Made by a program: the position numbers and the translations under genes | In this document: positions 52,313-64,000 of the stretch, in pieces | Numbering within the stretch: position 1 is the stretch's first letter | Layout: every line of letters begins with the position of its first letter | The notes under the pieces: generated by a model | The model's input: only the letters and a program-made list of their open reading frames with translations | Told to the model about the DNA's origin: nothing | Databases searched by the model: none | DNA from: Gnetum montanum | Taxonomy: Eukaryota > Plantae > Gnetophyta | Direction of reading: 5' to 3' | DNA: 64,000 nt | Assembly: GCA_015680685.1 (NCBI GenBank) | Contig: MNCI01003408.1 | Location: 1 to 64,000, forward strand

Positions 52313-54960
52313 CATCGAAGGAGACATTTCCTTTACATGGATGAACTAGGTTGTAAATTTTTTATGTTCAATGTTGAATTTCTTCATAAGGTTTTATAGC
52401 TCTTGGTAGTAATTCATCCTCCTTGCTAGGTTTTTAGCAACAAATCATTGAGCAGTGAATTTTTTTCTATGAACTTCAAGCTTTGCATTGGCTATCTCCA
52501 AATTTTATTTTATCTATTTGTAAAGCTTGAATTCTACCTCATAGAGGAGGTAGGAACTAGCAACCTATTTCTCCAACTCTGATCTTCACCTCCCTACTAT
52601 CAACATTATTGTGTTTGCATAATGAAGGTTGGCAAGATCCATATATTCCATCATCTTCTTGATTTGTAGCTCCTTCAAGTAGATTTCCACTTTGTTGTAT
52701 GCATTTAGTTCATCAAAGATGTGCTACCATACATTACCTCTATGTTAGAGTTGTCGGAGGATCTTTTTCATCTTCATCTTCATTAATTTTATCTCATTTC
52801 CGTTAACCTCCTTGAGTAGCTGAACCTAGTCCTTGTAGTGATTCTTCACTTGTTCAAATTTTAGGACCTTATTCTTTTAGGTAGCTACCTCAATTGTAGT
52901 CTTCTAGTGAAGAGCACAAGCTTCCTCCATCAAGAGATTATAGTTTTCTACTATCAACTTCCTCAAATCCAAGTTCACCTTGGCAATCTATTCTTGCTAT
53001 TGCTATATAAACCTGACCAATTGGTCCTTCTATTACTTAACATTTTGTAGGTGGTGATTGTTCTTAGTAAGGACCAAGTTCTCCTTGGAAATCTTTATTA
53101 GGTCCTTGTCAGTGTTATTGACCATGGTTTCTAACATAGATGCATCAAAGATCACCATCTCCTTCATATTCTCTACTACTTGAAGCTTTTGTTAAAGCTA
53201 TTGGAAAGCTTCATCTTGTGGAAGCTTTATCCTATGAATGACAAGATCAAATAGATGGACTTTCAACTCAACATCTTTGGTAGCCAACCACCAATTGGTT
53301 GTGGTGGCCTTCTCAAGCTATGCATTGAAAATGAACAATTTTCCCCTTATCTTAAGAAAGTATGATTACTTTTGCAATAATTTCATCTAGAAGATCAAAG
53401 ATCTCCATACATGGTTACCTAGCTCCAACCAGTCCTTCCAACATCTTTTTGTATTAAGTAGTGCTCATTCAACCACTTTCTACTCCTACAAATGCATGAA
53501 TGTTAACCATTGTGGTGATGTCTAGTATAGACACTATAGGAGCATTAAGGACCTTTTCTATCCTATCAACCATCACCTTCACCATCATCTCCTAGACCTT
53601 ATGTTGCATCACCAAGATCTTTACCCCCTCATCTCTCTCCAACATGATGTATAAGGCCATACTATTTTTGAAATTTCAAGGAATGTTTACTAAGGAATGA
53701 ACATTGTGATCTCCTTGGTTGTTGGATTAGGCCTAGTAGATGCTTAGTTTCTTTGTGTGGAAAATAACAAGGCCATTTCACTATCCAACCAACATATGAT
53801 TCTTGCAACTTCATTAATATCATTTATGGCTAGATAGTAAACAAACAACTTCCCACCACCTATAGAGCCCTATTATTGCTGTAGCTACTACTTTTGAAGG
53901 TTTTTGAGTCTTTTATTAGCTGAAAGCATATCTAGTGTAGTTTCATGGGTTATAGGTGATGGTGGTGGTGGTTGCTCCTCTTCTTGTAGCTTGGCCACTA
54001 TCTTTTGCTTCATCATCTTCTATCAAGATGTGGCAGGAGCACAATAGAACACATCATCGAATAGTGAGTTATTCCTACTCTTTTTCATAACTTTTAGATG
54101 AGACATGAAAAGGGAAGCATCTTTCTACTCTTCTCATTTTCCTTGAAGCATTTTTTAATCTCTAGGAAAATGAGTTGGGGTAGGTTGACTAGGAATTTCC
54201 TACTTGGAACACCACATACCTAGGTGGAGAAAGCTATCATCTTACTAGGCATCGTTGTTAGATTTAGGTTATAGGCTGCAATCTTGAAGTATGCTCTGTC
54301 TACCTTTATGAGTGCATTGTACTCCTTATGGTCCACCCCATAGCATCGCTAGACCAACTCTTTCTTAGCTTCTAAGTCTACCTACATTGATATTGTGGCC
54401 AACTTTACCCTTGTATTAGGCAAACCAAGGGCCTTTGTTATTGTCTTAACTAAGTAGAATATGGTTATATCCTTGATCTTTACTGATGTATCTCCTTGTT
54501 GATGTTTCTAGAATAAATAAGTTTCTCCCATATACCATTATCTGTTGTTAGAGAGAATGGACCAAAAAGGAGACCCCTACAATTTTGTGAAGAACTCTTT
54601 TTGTGCTAACTTCAAGAAGGATCCAAATTTTTTAACTCTTGAATAATAGAACTTTGGACCTCCTTGATCTTAATTCTCTTAAAATAGACTTCCATTAGAG
54701 TGATCTCTAGGTTCGACCTTGGCCTAGAAGCCTTCTCTTACTTGGATTGACATATTTCTATTGTTGGAATCTACCTAAAAAATTTCACTTTGGGTTTCAC
54801 CTGAAGAGGCCTAGTAGCATGGGTAACCTTAGACGTTTACTCTTGGTGTTATTGCAGTTTTTATTGTTACTAGTTCCTTCCTCCTTGAGATTGCTTTTCC
54901 CTGGGTTGTGAAGGCCCTCCCACTTATGATCCTTGTGTTAGTATTATCTGTGATTGCAAA
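52313..54960 (-). pseudogene. Long decayed extra (env-like position) ORF of element C; continues at about 39180-39402 beyond element D
   Basis: Long minus-strand stretches stay in one frame with mainly TAG/TAA stops, e.g. SVKIKDITIFYLVKTITKALGLPNTRVKL and a coiled-coil-like KVNLDLRKLIVENYNLLMEEACALH*KTTIEVAT*KNKVL. It lies sense to and upstream of the PPT and LTR of C. Confidence 0.65.
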
Positions 54961-56529
54961 CATAATCCATGATTAGTATTTTAGTTTATAACCTCTAGTT
55001 ATTTAGATACCTTTCTTATTAGATTGGATTATGTTTAGTTACTATGTGTTAATAGTTGATCATTTAAATGTTTGTTTGTGATCTTAACTAAGTGTATTAT
55101 TTTAATATTTTTTACTCTTTATCTATTAGCATTTTTTTGTTGCTCTTGGTCCTTTGTGGTGATTAATTTAATGTTATTTTAATGAATTGATCATGAGGAG
55201 TTAAAAAAATTTGAAAAATATTCTACATAAACCCAAAGGTTTGTGTCCTCAAAGATGTAAAGCTTACCTCCAATAGCTTGAGGATAAAAAAAATAGGTTA
55301 AAAAAATAAGCGATGTATGAGTTATGAGGCTCAAAAGGTTCTTCAACTCTTAATAATTGCAAAAACTCCTCTTGCTTTGTTTGCAAATGGTGAAAAATAA
55401 GCTAACTTTCATGCATATATATAGACTTTTTATACTACGTTGATGGGGCTATGTTGATGGGGTTGCATTGACTCATCTTACTATATTGATGAAGCTGTGT
55501 CAATGCAACTATTCTTAACTAATTTTCACATTAAGAAATAGATGAATTCTAGATAATTTTTGGAACTGATCAAGAGCTTGATGGAAGCCAAAAAGATGAA
55601 GAATAAGGATAACAACATAGAAGAGGGTAGGTTGAGTCTTAAGAGAAGCCATTTAAGTAGATTTGGACAAAATTCTGATGTCAAATTAGAGAAAATTGGA
55701 TGTTAGAATGCTATCGAGATGATTGATGAGTTAAGGAATCTTTGGTAGGGAATGTAACTAAAATTAGAATAAAGGGATGCAAGTGCATCCTTCCCAAGGC
55801 ATGCATAGTCCTTATGTGTCCTTGCATACCTTCATTTTAAGGAGTTAGTGAGCCCCAAGTATGATGAATGGTTGATTTAAGTTAAATTCCATACATATAA
55901 ATAATTGTACAAGAGTTATATGATCTAGAAACAAAACAAAATAATTTTCTATGGCTTGAGGTAGTGAGATGGTAAACCATGAGATAAATGAATGGCAAAT
56001 AGAGGATGTGGATAATCATCCTAGTTACATAAGGTTCTTGGTGGAAAATATGATTAAAATGATCTAATATGGATCCATTCCAAGTTAAGATCAAGTCCAT
56101 TTGGCTTTCAGTGACTTCGCATTAATAGATGTTGGCTTCACATTAAAAAAAAACTCTAGGATAACACCAAAGGATAATCATCACTCCAAGAGAAGAAGAA
56201 AAGAAAAGAAGGGAGTAGATAGTGCCTTAGTTAGAGGGATGCCTTCAAACATGGATAACATGTCTTTCTAGCCTCATAACTACTGCTTATAGCCCATTAT
56301 TGAGGCTGAGTGTGTTTTGAATTCTCATGTTTGTTTTATTTTTTTATGTTTTCTTTCATGGAAACCACACCATGCAAAGACATGCTTCGTTTTATGGTCA
56401 ACAGTAGAAGTGATGATATACTAGTGATGTTGTATAAAACTTTAATAATGATGTTGAGAGAAATTGTATTCAATCTTTTTGAGGTTACACCCTATTCCAT
56501 TTTCACTTGGTTCTTTTCTAGTTTGTTGG

Positions 56530-56972
56530 TGTTGGCACATTTTGGCCATTTAATGAAGTAGGATTTATGATTAAAAGGGGATTTCATTTATCATCCATTA
56601 TATGTAGGAGATGATTGTTAGATACCATATAAATCATAATGTGTAACAAATGATATTAACAGTAGCATCAACATCATCTCGACATTAAAATGATGATATT
56701 TCACAAGTGGTGTAGAGCATAATTAAAAATGCATACTAGAAAGGTTACGTATAATATGAAAATACATTGTTGCTACTACTCTACAAAAAATGTTCACAAT
56801 CTACACTTCTACAATTATCTGACATCTCTTCTTCTTATCATGATGATGCTATGAAATGAAAAAATTCATCAAACTTTTGGTGATACACAAGCACTTGACC
56901 AAAGAGTATATGGATACACTTCAACTCATTTGGTATTTTATGTACCATTGATCATATGCAATATTAAATTTG
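56530..56972. repeat. Dispersed direct repeat, copy 1 (copy 2 at 63575-64000)
   Basis: Shared blocks TATAAATCATAATG, GTAGCATCAACATCATCTC, GATATTTCACAAGTGGTG, CTTCTTATCATGATGATG and CAACTCATTTGGTATTTTATGTA. Confidence 0.9.
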
Positions 56973-58727
56973 TATCATTATTTATCATCCTAAGGATCTT
57001 TGACATGTTTGGAATGTGGTGTGGTGAAGGAGCATGTGTAGCATGTCTTTAAAAATCTACAAAACAAAGGCATGCTTCTACCAAATAGCCATGGTAGTGT
57101 TTGCATGCCTTATTCACTTTGGTGTTACTTTATAATTATCAAATCCAATAGTCATAATCATATTGTAAATACATCAAAAATTTAATTAACAAATTCAAAC
57201 CATGAGAAATCATGTCTAAAATCATCTCTAAAATTTGTAACATAGACCACCATTTGTAACAACCCGATCAGGGTAATGGTATAGAATCATAAGATACTAG
57301 AGTAGATCCTAAAGCACATGGAGGGGCAAGGCATGAGTAGAGATGTGAATGAGATTTTAGGACCTACCTGATGTTCATAAATCCTAACTATGACATCTCA
57401 TTCCCAGAAGTCATGGAATATGTTAATATAAATTATATTAGACATTATGCATAAGTAGATAATATACCAAAAGTTAAATATCTGTAACATTTAACATTAT
57501 GTGTATATGAAATAACAAAGAAAATGTAGAAAGAGAAAGAAAAAGAATGCTTTATTGAAATGGAATAGTGTATTTGCATCATGCTCAAAGAGTGTTCCTT
57601 GGGGTTTTGTTCCTCTAGCATCTATCCCTTAGAGGCAATCCATCACTGCCACCATGATTAGGCCTATTACTTAGCTAGAAGGAATGGCTAATCAACTTCA
57701 TTTTTTGCTTCACCCACCTCCTATGACTTGCCTATACCATCTCCACTACTCCATGCTAGCACAACCTCTAAGCTTGGGTATAAATTCCTTAGGTTAGATC
57801 CCCAATGGTTACCTTAAGAGACACGTTTGTTATTACAACATGCTCTTTTAGGTCTTAATTACAATAGCCCTTTTAGGTCTTATTAAAATAATAATAAAAC
57901 TTGTTATGAAGAGACATTATCTTTGTTTATGTAGTAGCATCATTTGGGAATGGGGACATGATACTAACTACTTTAGCATTTATGTTTTAGTTCAAGTTCC
58001 ATTAGAATCCATTTCTCCCATCATAGAACATGTGGTCTACCCTAGCTGGATCAAGGTAGAGTTGATGTCGATGCCAACACTTGCAGTTTCGATAGAGTTG
58101 TTGCTAGAAACAAAGGTGGCATCCACAGTGTAGCACAAGTTGTATACAGAATGATGCAAACATCTAGAGCTAGATATCCATAGCTATTGATCTTAATCCC
58201 TATGTTAACATCATTGTGAAGGATGCCCATGCACCAATGTCAATTGATATTTGAGAGATCCAAAAACTATTGGTAGTGATAATGGTATTGCTCTCATCGA
58301 TCCCTACCATGTGATGCATCATTAGTGGTGTGCCATGTGGTGCCACCATTTCATCAATGTCCCTTTTCATGAGCACGTCTCTACTTTAGAGCATCAACAA
58401 CCTTGAAAATTTCATCTACACTAATTTTGCAAGCCACTCCTTCCCCTTATGAATCATTGATGTCATTGACTAACCACCAATACCACTATCACCATCACCT
58501 CTTGTGGTTCCCACTAGCTCCACTCCTATAGCTAATGTGTCATGAACATCCTCATGTGTGCTTTGTTACTATTTTAAATTTGTTAATTCCCATGGCATGC
58601 CATCCCAAGCAACACCTACATCATTTGTTGGACTTGTTTCATTATCTATTTCACTTGTTGGATGTCAGCAAGTGGTATAATTTTCAATGCTAATTAGATT
58701 TTAAGAAAATAGAGAAAGAACACCTAT

Positions 58728-61700
58728 TATTTAGGGAAAAAAGTACATTTGGCAACTATAGCATGTATTTCTTATAACTTCCTATATAATTTATAACTTC
58801 TTATGATGGTTATGAGTTAATCCCCTAGATATTTGTAACTCACCATAATCTCTTATGATGATTGTAACCATCCAAAAGTCATTATAAAAAGGGCTTTAAG
58901 GGTAGAGCAGGGGGGTGATTTTTGGAGGAAAAACTTGGAAGAAATATATCAAAGATTGTAAAGCATGGATTGCTAAAGGCATCAATTCAATTGGTTTGTT
59001 TTAATCTTATGAGTTTTTTTCTTCTCATTTTGTCTTAGTGGCTTAGCTAATGGTTTAGATAGTATTGTGCTTGGCATTTAATTTTGGGATTTTCTAGATT
59101 GCTCTTATAGCTCTATTTTCATGCAATTCAAGACTTCTATTTGGTTGCCATATATGAGCTTATGTTGTCTTTGAAAATCATCTTGAGCAATTTAATAGTA
59201 ATGTCTTTATAAAGTTTCCCATTTGAGTCTAGAGGGTCTAGAAAAATCTTTGATACCTTGAGCTAATTTGAAATAGGTTACCTTGATATCTCAACCTTGA
59301 AATTATCAAATTTTTTCTAGTAGCTCTATTGTTTGGAATTCTTGACAACTATTAACTAGCCAAATAAAAGCTTGTACTTCATTGTTTACAAAGTTTAATA
59401 ACAATGTCCTGGTGTTGCTAGAGACTAGCAAGCACCTAAAACCAAGTTTCAAGGAACACCTTCAATTCTCATGATCCTAGTCACAACACCAAAGGAAAAT
59501 GTTGGTAGTTCCAAATTATCTCCAACAATTATTTTTGGCACTAGAAGGAGGGAAGAAAACTTTATGACCTAAGTTCATTACATTCAAAGAGCTAGATAGT
59601 CCTAGTGCACCAATAATTCTTTTTATTGCTACGAGGGATTGAATAAAAATTAGCTATTATTTTAATGACCAAATAGACTAGTACGTTATAAGATTTAGAA
59701 TTTTCTGACCATGAGACTAATTATTTATCATAAGAAGAATAGAAAAAAAATTTTAAGTTTGGGATAAGTAGTGAACTAAAAACTAGCAAGATAAGGAGTT
59801 CACGTCTTCTATCTGGTTTATTAGTCTATAAGAGAAGGCCAAAGAAATATAAGAGTTTAGCCACCAAAAGGAATTCTAATAAGGTCACAAATCCAAAACC
59901 AATGAACCCCTAGCAAGGAGTGACTCCATTAAGTTTTCAAAACTACAACAATATTCCTAAGGTAGTTCACAAAGATTTTCTTGAGCCTTTTATTCTTGGA
60001 AAAGCTTACTTGGCTGATGAATATGTCCACTTGTTTGAGTTAGCTTTAGCTCATGCAAATATTCAATGCCATGACCAAGCTTGTAAATTGTTTATAGAAA
60101 ATTTAAAGGATATGGCTCAAATTTGATATTCAAACTTGCCAAGAAACAGTATTACAAGTTTTGATGATATGAAAAGTCTTTTCTTGGCCTAGTCTGGTAA
60201 TCAATTGAATCAACAACAATTGTACCATCAACTAGTACAAGCGAAGCAAGAAGTTAAAGAGTCAATTAGAGATTTTAACATTAAATTTCAATGAATTTCT
60301 GGGCTTTCAAGATCCTTGAACTTAGAAAGTGAGGATGAATAACTTCTCCAACAAAAATTTTAGCCACAAAGATCATAATTAAATTTAATGTGGTTCCCCA
60401 ACTTGGGTAGCCCACACTTAGAGGATAAATCTCAAGCACACCTCTAGAATTTGTTCCTCTTAAAATCTGGTTTGAAGGGTACCACACCCTGTACAGCACT
60501 AAGCTCTACTCTAGAGTGATTCGATACCATGAATCCACTTAACCTTGCAAGGTCCTAATAAGCTTAGAATGTGGTTTCTAAGATACCATAACCTTTACAA
60601 CTTAAGCTCTACTCTTGAGTATTGTGGTGCTACACCAACACTCAATCTCACAAGATCCTAACAAGCTTAAGAGTGATGCCTTCTTGCAATAAGCACATCA
60701 ACCTCTAGGGTAAAAAAAGAGAAACAAAAATTACAAGGAAAGGATGTAACTAATTTTTCTGATCCTTGTACTTTGAGGTACAACACATATTGAGCACTTA
60801 CAGTAGTACAAAAGATAGTATAATAAGATACAAGAACAATAGAATGATGTATACAATGATTGCTTGATGTTGGCACTTGATAGTTCACAAGGCTTGCTCA
60901 TATCCCAAGAAAATGAAGTCTTCTTATAGCCTAGATGTTTCCAAAATTACCTTAGAATTCATGTAACAGCTATTTAATGGTCATTGGAGATGTTTTCTTC
61001 AAGATAGAGACATCTTTTTGTATCTAACTTCCATTCAAGAGAGACGTCTTATCCACAAGGAAGATGTCTACTTCACAAGGAAGACAACTACTATTCTTGA
61101 AAGATGTCTTCATCTAAGTAACCTTCAACTTTTCCAAGAAATCTTCATCATCATGAAGATGTCTTCATATAAGCAACCTTCAACTCAACCCAGACATCTT
61201 CATCATTAGAAAGACATCTACTATTTCTTGAAGACATATTTCTACAATAAGCTCTTTAATACTAAGGCTTCCCTTTGATCATTGGACTTGAGCTTTGAGC
61301 TCTTTGTTTCTTGTCCATCCACTTTGAACCATTGCATGCTTTCATGAGACCTTGTAGATATTCTTCTTCTTTGAGCTTCTTTTTTCTTAATTCAAGTTCT
61401 TTCCCTACACATAATAACCACACAAGCATCCTTATTCTCCATTTTTCTTAATGCTTTGACATACCAAAAGGTCAATAGGCTCTTTCAAAGATAGTATAGA
61501 TCATTAGATGAAGTGCTTAGAGACACTTATCTTAAGGCTGTGAATCCCAATATTTTAATTTGGTTAAGGAGAACTCCAATCTTGCTAACATTGAATGATT
61601 ACTTTAGTGAAGCTATACAATTATAAAAATAGCTGAACTTGAATAATGAAGAAATTATCGTAGGTCAAAAATTGGAAGAAAAAATTAGAATCCTAATGCA

Positions 61701-63160
61701 ATATTTTGTCCAACTTAAAGCATTACTGAGAACATCTCATACTAAGATAAAGTAAGATTTAAAAAGTAGAGAATATGAAAAAGAACAGTTAATGAGAGAC
61801 TTGTTCGAAAAAGTAGGGGAACTAGAAAAAGCTTTGGCAAAGGTTAAAATAAAGGAAAAAAAGAAAAATAGGAAACATAAGCATTAGGACACTAAGTTAG
61901 CAGATGATGAGGATGATAGTGATATTTCTATGTCCAATTTCCTTGATATTGAATCAGATAATGAGCTATCTAGTGTTCATTACGTAGGAAAATATTTTGA
62001 AAATGGATCTAGTGATACCTCTTCTTTATCAAGTTTTGAAGAAGATATATCATCATATGAGGAGTGCAACAATAATTAAGAAAATAGATATAATTTGTGA
62101 TCAAAAGAAAAAGTAATTACTTCCAAGCCTCCAAGCATCATTTTTGATCCATATACAAAGAGGAAGGGTTTTGAACCAAGTGGAAAAGAGAAAAATAAAA
62201 ATAAAGAAGATCAAGTAGAGGAAAGTACTCAAACTCAATCTTTTAACAAATGGGTGAAGAAACTAGGCTTTTATGAATATGGAGAATATAATCTAACTGA
62301 GGATCTTAAACATGTCAAGGCCAACATCAATGTATATCAATTGTTACAAATAGAAAATTAGCAAAGAAAATATTTAGAGCTTATTAAAGAAAAAAGGAGA
62401 GTTGAAGGTTCAAAGTAAAGGTATGTATCTAACTTTACTAAGACAACAAAAATTAGCTATGGTTGTACTCTTGATAAAGAAACTCCTCCTTTTCTTTTGA
62501 AAATGAAGTTAAAAGATAAATATCTTCATAACTGTTTGGTTGATTATGGGGCTACATCTACTATCATGCCATTACCTATATGCAAAAATCTTGGTTTGAT
62601 TTTTGAATAATCCAATAAAAAGATTATTCAATTGGATAAAAGCAAACTAAAGATTGTGGGTGAGTTGCCCAATGTTTTGTTAGAAATCACTTTTGAACCC
62701 TATATCAAAAGTAGATGTAACTATTCTAGTAGCAGATATACTTGAGTCATACAATCTTTTGTTAAGTAGAAGTTGGAGTAAAAATTTCTTAAGTTACACA
62801 TCAAAAGATTACTCAAATATGTGGCTACCTTGAAAAGGGAAACCAAATCAAATATACATATATAGTGAACCTTTGATGATTGAGAACATTACTTCAAATG
62901 GGAAAAATAAAGTTGTTAAAAAAAGAGCTTTTGAATCCAAAATTTGCACACTCCAAGAAATTATAACTTGGAAAAAGAGGAATCTCAAGATAAGAGCAAG
63001 TGGAAAGTATACTTTGCTGGTTCTTGTAACTCCAAAGATGTAGGAGATGGAGTAGTTTTAGTAAATGATGATTCTCCACAAATTTTTAAGGTAGTTTCCC
63101 TATCTTTCTTTTGCACTAACAACAAGGTCAAATATGAAGCCTTGGGTATAGGAATTTAAA
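58728..63160 (+). mobile_element. 3'-truncated Tat-type gypsy element E: LTR (~58728-59527), tRNA-Asn PBS, gag, protease, N-terminal half of additional RNase H
   Basis: PBS TGGCACTAGAAGGAGGG at 59536-59552. gag: HDQACKLFIENLKDMAQI*YSNLPRNSITSF. PR: PPFLLKMKLKDKYLHNCLVDYGATSTIMPL, YNLLLSRSW. aRH: WKVYFAGSCNSKDVGDGVVLV...FCTNNKVKYEAL. The LTR start is approximate. Confidence 0.85.
60306..61477 (-). mobile_element. Solo LTR, SIRE-like copia, inserted in gag of element E
   Basis: gag reading breaks at about 60305 and resumes at about 61480. Flanks share GGCT (imperfect TSD). The minus strand starts TATTGACCTTTTGGTATGTCAAA and ends with a degenerate TATTCAYCC motif. A cluster of AGACATCT/AGATGTCT motifs lies at 60985-61240. 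Confidence 0.65.
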
Positions 63161-63574
63161 CAACATTTGAAAAATCGATGAAGATAGTTTTTGGAAATAA
63201 TGCTATAAAGGACAATATGGGGGCTAAAGAAGTGGGAGCACTAATAAAACAAAAGCATGAAAAGAAAGCTTGGGTTACATTAGGAATTCAGTACAATAAA
63301 ATCCAAGACAAGAGGATTCCTAAGAGGGCCACTTTGACCACTCTCTTCCCTTCTGTTGAATAGCTTATGATGTGGCTTCACTTGTACAATTTTTATTTCT
63401 ATTTCTTAGGAATGAGGTTTTTATACCACTAAACCTTAAGCTCAATGGGAATTTTTCTTCCAAAATATTTATGGTTTTCCATTGTAAAAAGTTTAATAAA
63501 AATCTTCAATAAAATTTCAATTTAAAATGGGGCTTGCATAAATTTCTTTAAGTGTTCTAAGGAGGGTATGAAAT

Positions 63575-64000
63575 GTTGGCACATTTTTCCATTTAATGGA
63601 GCAGGCTTTATGGATAAAAGGAAATTTTTTTTATCATCCATTCTATGTAAGAGACAATTGTTAGATCCAGTATAAATCATAATGCTTGGAAAATGCTATT
63701 AATAGTAGCATCAACATCATCTCAATGTTTAAATGATGATAAGGATGATATTTCACAAGTGGTGCAGAGCATAATTAAAAAGGCATACTAGAATAGTTAT
63801 GTATGATATGCAAATACATTGTTGCTACTGCTATTCAAGAAATGTTCACATTATGCACTCCTACAATTGTTCCACATCTGTTCTTCTTATCATGATGATG
63901 TTGTGAAATGGAAAAATTCATCAAACTTCTATTGACACATATATGCACTTCAACTCATTTGGTATTTTATGTATCATCAATCATATGTGATAGTAAATTT
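63575..64000. repeat. Dispersed direct repeat, copy 2, running off the window end
   Basis: Colinear similarity to 56530-56972. Confidence 0.9.

Noticed and set aside
57254-57840. TGTAACAACCCG start resembling a chromovirus LTR end
   Set aside because: No partner LTR, PBS/PPT or TSD could be established.

Overview
This is plant nuclear DNA, probably from a seed plant and plausibly a gymnosperm. That assignment is inferred from the CesA type and the retroelement lineages and is not proven. Most of the window is nested, decayed LTR retrotransposons, and it has several N gaps. Four elements are delimited by paired LTRs and a 5-bp target-site duplication (TSD): an Athila-like Ty3/gypsy (3869-12941, AAAGG), a TAR-like Ty1/copia (13460-19505, GTCTA), an old Galadriel-like chromovirus (23812-30428, TAGAT) and a minus-strand Tat-type element keeping only gag and protease (39403-52307, CATGG). 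Partial elements include two more members of the Athila-like family, Tat remnants with an extra (archaeal-type) RNase H, copia remnants, a SIRE-like solo LTR and a possible Au-like SINE. Host-derived sequence is limited to a cellulose synthase (CesA) 3' pseudogene split by the copia and a probable single-exon 196-aa membrane-protein gene (21865-22455, minus) in a CpG-retaining island. The most unusual observations are: related LTRs carrying three different U3 repeat modules; a long decayed env-like ORF preceded by an internal copy of the U3 repeats plus TATA; a protease directly followed by the extra RNase H; and a CesA fragment lacking the usual last intron, with asymmetric CpG decay across the copia. 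I found no rRNA, intact tRNA or CRISPR, and no convincing wholly new system. Lineage names come from motif recall and need HMM confirmation.
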